From positions 13,702,001 through 13,766,000 of the forward strand of contig OZ365113.1 of the NCBI GenBank assembly GCA_977030845.1: a stretch of 64,000 bases of DNA. The letters run 5' to 3'. Each line of letters begins with the position of its first letter. The stretch's first letter is position 1. The notes under the pieces were generated by a model, which did no database searches, was not told where the DNA came from, and worked only from the letters and a program-made list of their open reading frames with translations. This document shows positions 13,901 to 25,900 of this stretch, piece by piece. Origin of the DNA: Fimbriosthenelais zetlandica (Eukaryota). Both the position numbers and the translations under genes were made by a program.

Positions 13901-16900
13901 GCCTGTCACTGAGTGATATGGAAAAATGTGAGAATCATGAGCCCTACTTTCAGTTTTACACCCTAGTCTTATACCCAACCCTTAAGTCCATGATAAATGG
14001 ATAGCGGACAGATAAATCACCTTGATGTGTAGATGGATGTTAGCTTAATCTAGGCACCTCCAGTACACACTTGGCTTTAAGCCATGTTTTTCCGAACACA
14101 ACCACCTATTCCTGGAAGCAATTCATATATCTGAGCTGATTAGTTTTCAAGTAATCAGTGGGGACTATATTTTCCGGTACAATCATGTTTTTTTGTATCT
14201 ATTTTAGTGCAGTATTATTATATAAGCCATACAATTTATTCAGGCCGGTAAAAAATCCATTAAAACAAGCACTCGCTGTGTCTGTATAGACAATTAACAT
14301 GGACATGTTTGGGCACTACTGGGAAGTGTAGAATGTATAGGGGAAATTGCGTGCTCCATGAGATAAATGCAATCAAAGAAATAATTCATATGCCATTTAT
14401 GTAGTCATTCATCATGGTCCAGGCCACCATACCTGTATGTCACTCTATTACATGCCAGTCCTAAATCACTAGAGGGTATCATAGTGGAATCATATTTCAA
14501 ATGTTAGAGATTGGAGTCAAGTGGTGTGGTGGAAGAATTATGACCTATTTTGGGATTACTTCAAAATAAGGATTCTGATGTCATGCAGGTCTTAAGTGTA
14601 AAGAAAATTAATTTGAGGTGAATATATATCACCAGCAACTTGATCAAAATGTTGATTTCAATAATTGTTGCAAAACATGCCTTGAATCTTTCCCTAGTGA
14701 TTCACATTTCTAAACCTTGCAAAGCTGATTAACTATATAGGCATTTTAACTGTGGTTTATCCCCTTGTTTCTGAAGGAGGAGAAACAGCTAGAGCGGGAA
14801 TGATAAAACGAGAAGATAAAAAAAATGGTTTTACCACCTCCAGGCCTGTGGATAATACACACATTGACGTTGTCAAGAGTGGCATGACGATATGTGAACA
14901 AAGATTAATGGTGGCCTTCTGATAGGTACAACTGGCGGCCTTCTCAATCAATTTATACCTGAACAGATGGTAGATATGATCATGTATGTGTAGGAGATAA
15001 TGTGCTAAAGATAACCTCACATGACTATACTTGTACACTCATTCTATGATAGCCATATTTTCCTATCACATACACACATGTGTACATATATATGCTATTG
15101 ATAGATGTTAAGATCCAAGGGGAAAGGATGATAATAAATGGAAGTGGTATTATTGAAGACATAAATTAATACAACTGCTGGTCCTGTTCCATAATTTTTT
15201 TCATTCCATATGTTAAACTCATTAATTATATACATCAACAGGCTTTGTTCATTCTTTGTTAAGATATGTGTCAATCTATTATATGAATGAAGGATGTTGA
15301 TTTAATGGGATCACCAAAATGTTTACTGATCCATTTTATTGTTCAGAATGAATACACCAAGACCTCTGGGCTAGGTTTGAATCTTGTCATGTCAAGGTAA
15401 TTAAATTGAATGAATAAGTTGAATGGTTGAGGTGTTGTGGTGGTGCTGGTAGGTGTTGAGATACAGGTGTGTGTTGGTGTGTATTATGAACTAGTTTGGT
15501 CTGCACACACATTCTCAGCCCCACCTGCCCCTGCCCTCTTGCCTTCTCCTCTCCTTCACTAATGCCACGTTGTTTTGTGTACACAAGGCATTACAAACAA
15601 GATTATTTGACACAACTCCCCGCCTCCACTTTCCCCTTTATACCAGGCTTTTCAATAAGCCAGTGTTCATTTTACCAGATCCTCCTAAATATATAGAAAC
15701 GTCTGGTTAATATTCATACATGTAACATGGCTAGCATTTGCTACTATATAGGCTTAGGGCATTAAATCTTAGTTTCCCCCTTTATCCATACTTCAATTTA
15801 TAATGGTCATAAAATGCATTTCACATTCTTCTGAAAATATACTGCATGTTGGCAATGTTGTGGGAGGCATTTAAAAGAAAGCATTAAGCCCTATATTGAC
15901 TGTCATGACCTGTCATGGAAGATCATTACTAATTCATGACTTATGACAACCTTCTGACAACACAAGCCATTCAACATGGAGCAGGAAGAGATGGCTAATG
16001 ACCAGTTAGCATGAACGATTCCAACTTAGGGAGGCATGGCATTGCAAATAAGCAAATACATTAGTGGTGGATGGAAGGGGAGATAGAAAACAGCTGGCCG
16101 AGGGAGCAATGAGAGGGAAGGATCCACTTTAGACATGGGCTATTGCCATGGGTTATAGCTTATTTCGTCGACAAGGGCATGGTCATTCTGATGATAAATG
16201 TTGCTATCTGTGTCTCTTTGTCCATCTCGAGCTACCTTTATAGTAAGGTGTTCTCATACTCCCGATTGTTATATAATATTATGCATTCCACAGACTTATG
16301 TTATTTGTTTGAAAAAGGATAAAATCGTAGGACTGGAGCAAGACCAGGATATATATTGACTTCAACCAGATGGTTTCCAATCATGGCCTACTCCAGTCCG
16401 ACCTGAGAGAAAACTGGATTATCAAGACCATCACTATCAAACATGACTATGTTTTTAAACATTTGAAAATCCGTCAATATTTTTGGAGCCGTGGAGAGAG
16501 GGGAAAGTTCAGACCATTTTAGCTTCACAAAGGATCACGACTGCTCTCTGTTACTTGGTTGTCTGGGCCATTTTAATACTGGGAACATGAGAGAAAAATA
16601 TAAAATGATGGTTGAAAAAATGTGAGGAAGCTCCGACCAATATGGCAGTGTAATGAGAAGGCTGAGAGAGCGGCTGGTGAGGTTTACAGGCAGGTTATTG
16701 AGTATAACCAGTCATTTAGCTTGTAATCAAGTCGAGTGAAGGCGAATCTATTGCATGCTTGATCACCCATACAAGCTGGCTGAGGCTGATATGATCATGA
16801 TTATCTACTGATATTACCAAGTGTGGCTCATCTGATGTGTAGAAATCAAACCTACAGTCATGTCTAACTCTAACAACCCTCACTTATCCGACAATATTAG

Positions 16901-19900
16901 TCGTGTATCATATTTTTTCACTATATATATTTTAATCATCCAACGGAGCTTGGGACAGGATGCCTCCTATTTCAGCTTTTAGAATTTAACTTTATACTTC
17001 AAAGTATTTCATACTCTCCCAATATAACAGCCTTTGCCGCAGTCTTTACTTTATTGATAGGCCTGATTCAATTCTACAATCTTTTGAATAGCTCTATTCT
17101 CTAACTGCCAGCGTTCGTCCTGTAAAAAGCTGGCAAGCTTTATGTCGCTGTACGTGTCTAATCATTGACATTTGATTCCGTGCTCAGCACCCACCCTATA
17201 TCCATTTAGTCACTGTGTACAACTGTTCTCACGAGTCTTGTTTTTTTTACCTGCGTTTAACCACTTGAATTCATTTTACCTGACGGGCCGAGAGGCAGAA
17301 AGTGATAAACATGGCCCTCTCTAATCCCAAACGTAAAGGGCGAATGTAATTGTATTTGTACTGGAGGGAACGGTAATTAATTTTAATAATCGCCTGAACA
17401 ATTTCCATTTGATAGAGAAAAAGTCATTCCAGACATCAATGGAAAATACTTCTGTTTAAAAAGATGATATAAACCGACTTAAGTATGTAAGGGAAAAAGA
17501 AGCAAGGATAGGAAACCGCATTTAGGGAATATAATTAAGAAAATAATGAAGGGAAAATCTTAAGCTGTATTTCTAAATGAAAAAAACTAATTACGTTATT
17601 CCAGACTAATTCATACTGTGACTCATGTCATTTGTCTTCATTTCTTATGCCAGCTTTCACTAGAGTCATCTGTCCCGATGTAGAAAATTAAAGTAATAAT
17701 TCATTAATGTGACCAGGACCTGTTAGAAAAATCCTGGTTGGACCATTCCCTCCGAGCCTGCCATGTCAAAAGAGATTACATTGTGAACAGTCGGGGCCTG
17801 TTATAGTGGGAGTTATTGGGCACATAATAGCTACTGGCAAGGATCCAAGCTTTCAACCTATACAACACAATATGTGGCTCTGTGTCAAGTGACATTCTCC
17901 ATAGCTCCATGTTTATACACTCACACACATACTACACGGTGGAAAGCTGATGTTTATCAAATCATCTCTCTCCCTGATGTGTGGCATGATACCCTATATA
18001 ACTTCAATTTTATCCTTATTAACTTTAATCAACCTATATTTATTTTACTGCCTTGTCTTCAATCACTGTCGAAATTGGATAATTATTTAGGAATTTCTCA
18101 TGATTTCTCGTGCAATTTTTTAGAAAGATTTCTCCTGAAGTTTCCACTCTCCAGTTTTCGACTCCCCGCTTTGAACTGCACTATAATAAATGGAGTAATG
18201 TGTCCTAAATATCCCTAAGACAGCTGCCATGTATAAATCCTGTCAGTCCAAATGCAGATGTACATGTATAATATATCTTTAAGGTTCAACATATGAATGG
18301 AATGGGTCCAAACCCTATTACACGCACCCTTTAACCCTGCTATTTGTGGTCATGTACCGGCCCTGTTAGATACAGGCCTGCATGCAGATACACAAAGGAA
18401 TGACGGTTGTCATGCATCTTCAGCAATTATATGAAAAGCAGAAAACTCACAACCATAAATCATTGTGTTTCAGGATTTGTCTGTTAATGAGATTGCCTTG
18501 GGGCTAACACACCAGCGAGTCTGGCGGTGACGGCCGAGGGCATTGTACGAAATAATGAATGAGAGGGGAATGATCAACCCGCAAATTCATTTACTTGACA
18601 AAATCCATATGTATTTTAAATAGACCATAGACCTGGAAATAGCCGGATATGCTACAAAACATTTGATACTTTTAACGTTTCTTGGAATAATTTGTTTGAG
18701 TATCCTCCTCGTGTTGATAACGGGTTTGATAAAAGCCAGCGTCTCAAAAACATTCCATGATGAAGTACCCTGTCCCAGGCACTGGATCATTTCATCCTAT
18801 AGAAGTTTACTTTGAAGAGCTGTATGAATGTATCATAATATATTGAAACACAACTCTCCTCAGCCCTGACCTAATTTAAACTCCTACTCTCACCTGATGT
18901 TGACTCAGGATTTTGATATTTGAGACAAAAATCCAAGGTGTTCCAAGGGATTGAACCGAGACATGGAGTAACAGATAAAAAATATGTTGTGTGTCTAAAG
19001 TGGACAGAGAGCTTTGAGAGAAACAGGTTATAAAAGATCAGAGGTAGACAGGTACATGTATTAAGATATAAGGTATGTCAATACATATACAAGGACAGAG
19101 AGATAGAGGAATGAGGTAGTTATACCAATGGCTGAAGATAATGGATAGATGAATACATGTACATACATATGACTAGAAATGAAAACCTGATCATTTATAT
19201 AAGTATATGGAGAGAGAAAATGAAAAATTGATCCAACGGGTTAGTAGGAAGGTAAAGAATGGTATGGGAAATGGTCAGTATTTAGGGTGAGTGCTCGTCT
19301 ACTGTGGTATTGTAAGTGATGTCTGACAGGGCCTGGTCGGATGTGTCAGGTCGCTAGTCAAAGAAGGCACATCTTGTTGTGTTTACACAGTAAATATGAA
19401 AACCTTGCTCACCATTTTCAAATGTCAGCCAACCCTACAGTAAAACTTCTCTCAAAGGCTCCATTCTGTTTATTATTCACAGTAATGTGAATTTGGTACT
19501 CTTAACGCTCGAGGGGCCAGAAATTCAGCCCATATATAAAACATCAATTGTAAAATGCTACAGAATATGACAATCCTGTAATGGAATAAGGAGAGAGTTG
19601 TCACAAATTGACATGACGTCTCTATACAGACTATACTGTAGAAGAGTTAAAATCCCATCCAGGCCACTAGGGTTGTTTTTCTGGATATGTCTAAAGTCTG
19701 TTCCCCTAACCTTTCCCTCCATCATAACAAATGTGTTTGTAATTGATTTCTGCTACTTTTTCTCATGATATTATAAGAGTAAGTGAGGTATTAGTGACAT
19801 CAGCCGCAGATCAAATGTACAGGCCTTGTTGGCTGTCTCTCGTATGTTTCATGAGCTTCCTCTGTTCTTCATCTACATTGTCAGATCTGAAAGTGGGAAT

Positions 19901-22900
19901 ACTTATACGTTATATGCTTGTCTCACCCAGAACAAGAAACCTGACACTTATAGAGCCTTTATAATCCTGTGTTGCAATTACTTTTGATTGATAGACAAAT
20001 CTCCTGGCTGTCAGATTGACATCAGGACTGAGAGTCTCGGTTGATATTAGAAAGACAGCCAGGTAGAAAATCAAATGAAGTGCAAACTGAGTCTAACACT
20101 AGATGGAAGACAGATTGTTTCCCTCCCAGCATTCATTGATAGAGTGAGACTCCTTGAATTAATAAAAAAAAAATCAAGGAATCGGGGATGGTAATAACCT
20201 TCCAAAAAAATAGTATATCATCACATTGCCAGACAAATGTTCCCGAAGTGTCAGTTCATCTTCGTGCCATATGAAACAATTACGACAATTTCATCATAAG
20301 TTTTATATTTTGCTTGTTTTTTTTCAGAGTCTGGTATCTTATCGCGGGACGGTGGTCGCGACCCATCGCCTGCCGCTTCTGTATCGTCCACCAGTCCGAG
20401 GGCGCCCACTCCACAACGGTCCGCAGCAGCGGCTGCCCAACCTCCACCCCCTCCCCCACCACCTCTAGTCTACTCTAACCACGTACCCTCCACGGCTATC
20501 AACTCTCCTCCAGTGGTCACTGTGGCCCCAACAGCCACTCACAGCAGCCTTGTCACCGCTGATAACAGAAAGGTCAGTCATTACTCTTATCATATTTACA
20601 AATATTGATTATTCACAGCTATATTATATAAACATTCATTATCTATAATAGATACTGTAGAACTGGTTTCTACATATGGCATTATCCATATTGTATTTTG
20701 TCGACTATTCTCAATATGAGGCCTGCCTGTGCCTTTCTTCTGCTGCCTTTCATTTAGTGATGACTCTGGCCGGCTTATGGCCAGTATTTATGAGGTAGTT
20801 TCCTCTCGGTGTCCTGTGGTCGTGGTCAGTCTTTATGGCTGAGTTTCACCGCTCTGTCCACCGTTTAAATCATCTCCCTTCCTTGACCCTGCTTCTACCT
20901 GCCAAGGGATGACAAGAAGCTTCACTTCGCGGCCTTCCCTCCAGAGGGACTTCAAGTCCTATTGATCTACTATGAGATGGCGCTGCTGATGCTGAGCCAG
21001 ATGATAGTCGTACACCATGTTAGATTCTCTTCAATGTGAGGCATCATAGGCATCCCAGTATGGCGGTTTCTCCATTATATGAGGCATCATAGGCATCCCA
21101 GTATGGCGGTTTCTCCTTAATATGAGGCATCATAGGCATCCCAGTATGGCGGTTTCTCCTTAATATGAGGCATCATAGGCCTCTCAACATGGCAGTTTCT
21201 CTTCAATATTAGGCATCGTAGGGACCCAACCATGGCATCATCTCTTCAAGGCATCGCTGATATTTGGCCATGGTAGTTTCTCGTCAATGCAATATCCTTT
21301 ATGAAGGTCGAGTTACGATTTTACGATTTTTTTTATAAATAGGAACGCGGCTGGAATAATGTTGCTGCTCTGGACCGAGTGATTCAGTCGATTAATGATC
21401 AAAGTATTAAACTTAAATTAAGGGTTGTACCCTCGTTTTAAGTGATTTACCTTGCTCTGGTGTGACCTCACCCACCACCCGTCCCTGGTCTATGATTCCC
21501 ACTGAGCTTATCATAATGATCAGTAATGATGACCGCCTTACATGCCAATGTCACTCCGGCCTCTGACAGCTCAAGCTGTATGGTAGAGCTATCAATGTAA
21601 TGATAAACATGTGTGATCCTACTTCATATATCAGTAGATATACTGATACAAATATCAGGCCTGTTAACAGACGGAATCATGCGAGCTTTCACATGTGTGT
21701 TCAGAAAGCTTTATTTATCTTAGACATTGAGGAGTAAACTTCAAATTAATGATTCAACAAAGTGACATCAACTTGTCATGCCATGATGAAGATAATCTAT
21801 ATAGATTATAACGAAGTGAGGTTTTAAAGAGATGCTGCTGTCAAAGTTTATAACTTAATACAGTACATTACTCAGGCATAATTACAGGCATGGTTTCTTC
21901 ATAATCTCAAAAGTAGGCCTAATAATTGTAATTTTCTGAGACATGATCCGTTTTTTCGTTTGAAGAACGAGATATTCGAGTAGAGAACAACTTGGCATGA
22001 GTGGCACAGTTAGTTGGCACCTACATCTGTCTGGTAGTGTAGGGGGTGGATTCAGTACACACCCCCAACCATGGCTTTATGATCGTGGTGGCCTTGGAAA
22101 CGTGTCATATTAAATAGTTGTTATACAATCCAGACCATTGCTTTACTACCAGATACCAGCCACGCCTTGGCTATTGTGCTAATCAATTTTCATTCCCCTT
22201 TACTTCTTCTGTGGATTTTTATGTCTTTTTAATAGATTTCTGTTAAATCCATTCATCCATCTCTCTCCATTCATCAGATGAAATGGGAACAAAAGAGGAG
22301 ACTCAGATGTTAATCTCCACCTTTTAGCTGATACAAGCTCCCCCACTTTGGCCACGCCTGTTTGACACATGTGTAACGTTGTGATAAGACGCCAGCCCCG
22401 GGTCACAGGCCCAGCTGACCTTCGTCGACATGTTTATGCTCTCTCCATGACGACGACAGCGTCTCACATTTCACATGGTCTCGCGGTGCCCTCTGAAGGC
22501 TTCCAGACCAACTACACCACCACACTCGCCAGCCTCGGCAGCAGCTCCATCCTCGCCTGTCAATCACGGTGACCTGGCGTCGTCATGACAACGCTGTGGG
22601 ATACACCACCTCCATCTTTGTCATCTTATAGAGATGGCACCTCTCCCTGCTTCTATAGGTGGAACACCTGAAGGGCAGGGTTTGTGGAGATATTGACAGA
22701 TTAGCCTCAGTGATCTGTTATCTTCTCTTGGTGGAAACCCGCTGTGTCAAATATGGGAAGTGAGAACGTTTTGACACGTGTCTGGCAGAAGCAGCAAATT
22801 AAGATGACATCATTTAATAATGGTTCGTCAAATTAAAGTTTGCTTTAACAAAAAATGGGAATTCTGCTGAGAAGCGGGGTCGTGATCTCAGAAGTGTATT

Positions 22901-25900
22901 TCCTTAGGAGAAAGGGAATTTTCTTCTGTTTGATGATCTGGCATTGCTCAAAAGATTCTTTGTTAGAGTCAGGAGACCACCAAGTTCAAAGACCTGCCAG
23001 TCTCACTTCCGACTGGATCCAACAGCTGCCCCGCCCCACTCCACGACTCCCTGCTGGGGACATTTGGCAGTATGGTGCAGATATTAGTTCACTTGGTTTG
23101 GTAAGCTAAAATGGTAATGCTTCTGAGGCAGCATGACCTAATCTAATGCCATAGTTCAATGTCTTGTACTGCACTTGATGATTCAATGACCAAGATGCCT
23201 TTTGCTGGAAATCGGGTGCCTCATTTCTGGTGAGTGCATTGTGTGAGTATCTATCAGCTCTCATGTAGGGACCAGCTGGATGTATGTTATTATATTGGCG
23301 ATGAATATAATGAAGATTGAAAGAAATGGATGGAGGCTTGCCAAGCGTGGGACGCTGTTCCCCTTCTTTCCGGTCCCTGCTGCCCCTCTGTATTTAGAGT
23401 TCGTAGCCCGCTCATTGTTCTCATCCTGGGAGACCCTGAATTGCTCATACGCAGCAAAAAACGTTTTGTCAGGTTTTAGATTTCAAATCCGACCTGTTTG
23501 TGTCAGATATCGATGGTATTAGCATTTGAATTTAGAGTTTAGAACATGCATGGGAGGCGTGCATTGATTGTAACCACCCTGGAGAAATGATCTGCTGCAC
23601 TCTATGCCCTGTAATTTGGCGGCCAACTCTTTTCACTCCTCGAGAGATAACATTGAAAATCGCTGCCAAATGCTCGGCCGTGTAGTGTCCGAAAATTTGG
23701 CTTCCAACCCTTGCTTCAATTAAGGCGGATGCCAAAGTATCTTGATGCAACGTGGCTTATGATTTGAGGGTGAAGTTGAGTGGATTCCTCATGGGGTGGA
23801 TTAAAATACACTGACTATTGTACCGGGCAGAACGGTAATTCCCTGTGATGTAACGAGTACACCATCCCCGGTGCTTTGACTGTGAACTCCTGTTGAGTGC
23901 TGATAATGAAACACTGAAATGGCTTGTCTAATGGCCTGGAAGGAGGTATAATATATGAAGTAAAGAAGCCGGGTTGAGCCTTCACTTGTTGAAGGATGTC
24001 ATGCATTGAGTAAGCCTAATAGGTCTTTGTTGTAGCTGCTCCAACCTTCTCTCTCTGAGTGACGACCTCCCCTAAGATGACAGGTGCGAATTCCCATCCT
24101 ATCTACTAGAAGGGATATCAGATTTTACTCTCACTCTCCATTCCTCTCCACTTTCCCATGTCCTATCTACAAGGTTACTACATCTTTTAATAATAATACG
24201 CCCTTGTTTTAAGAAGAAAGCTTAAGTGCTGAATTGTGCACTTCTAAAGCGAAATCCTAAAGCGACTTTCTTGTCAATTATAGAGTGGGATGAAATGTTT
24301 TTTTTCTTTCTTCCCCGTTGATTGAAAATTCGGCATCCATGCTGATATACATTTGAAGAAATCCCAGACCCCGCAGGGCGCAGTCTTTCACTCGGTATTT
24401 CTTCACAATACCACTGTAAACATCCCTGGGGAATGGATTGCTATTGAAGAGATGAACAATGAGAATGGTGTATTGTGTGGCGGGCAGGTGACTTGTATTT
24501 GTCAGGCCACCTTCACATTCTGACCCATCCTCCTTCCCCACCTACTTTTCCCCCTCAGGCGACCATGTTCACGCCTTATGAATATGCATAAGGGAGGACA
24601 GCTGCTGGTCTGTTCAAGTCGGACTCCATAAGGATAGGGCACCTTACAACAGGAATATATTTGAAATCAGAGATACTCGGGTAGATATTACAAATATCTA
24701 ACTGCACACAGACAAGCTGACAGAGATTGAGTGTGGAAGCTTTACATTGAGGACTTGGCATTGAACTTGCCAAGAACCTGAGGATGCAAGGCCAAAGGCA
24801 GGTGACAGGCAGCTAGCAAGAACACCCCAACAGGTAGAGGAAGCCGGTAAACGGACAAACATGTCAGATATGCATTTTAGCGTGGCAATATGTTTGTGAT
24901 GAACACAAGATGACACTTGATGCAGGGAGAGTGAAATGCCAGTAGGATGCCAGTGTAGCGCTTTACACTCCCGATCCCTATTACTGTTTAGTCTTTGGTA
25001 GTGACTACTGTTAGTCTTGGACGAGACTAACAGAGACAGTGAAGATTCAGCTTGGGATACATTGTGCCATTTCCTCAGTTTGTATTTGGCTTCCTCCAAA
25101 AACTTAATACTTTGTATTACATTAGTTGGTATTGTTTGAAAACCAATGCCTGTTTGTCTGCAAATGCCTTATCAGAATAATTTAGTTTTTCCACAGTTTT
25201 AGGCTATTTTTGAAAGCCAATTATTTCCTGAAAAATCGGCTAGGTGGACATTGACCCTTTGTGACCAGTGTATATGGTGGTGGTATGAGATGTAAGGCAC
25301 CACTCTACAGTCACCACCGCCACCACTCACAGCACCACCATAGGCTGCTAATAACGCGTGCCAGCTGGAAAAGGATGCATCTACCCTACTGACCTCTATG
25401 GGCAAGCCAAGAAACTACCACCACCACCACCCGCACCACCACCAACAACAACAGGGGAACCATAGCAGAAATGGGACAAGTGCTGACTGCAGCTACTGCT
25501 TCTCCACACCATCTATCCTCTCATTCCCTCACCTCTTCCTTCACCTCTTCCTCACCATCCATTCAGCAAGCTGTGATCGCAGACAAGATTGCATAGAAAA
25601 AGGGTGGCTCGACATATTAGGAGCATCAGGAGGAATACACTATACCCTGGGAGGGATTGAGGCTGCGCTTGAGAGGATGAGAACGAGGAGGAGGACTAGG
25701 GACTAGTACTAGTAGTAGTTAGTAGTAGCACTAGTAGTGACTGAGCCTGGACCAGGCCAAGCGCTTTGCATCCCTCATCCCCTTCGGACGCTACTCAAAG
25801 CATAACACACACGCTCCCCGGGGATAACAAGAAGCAGGACTCCCTTTCCCAGTCTCTCCCCTTTCCTCTCAGGACCCGTTGCTGCTTCGCCCATCATTTT

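Noticed and set aside
21038-21250. Regularly spaced repeats resembling a CRISPR array
   Set aside because: Units are head-to-tail with no unique spacers, in a eukaryotic intron: a minisatellite.
24698-25099. 133-aa minus-strand ORF as a retroelement fragment
   Set aside because: No RT, endonuclease or transposase motifs recognised in any frame examined.
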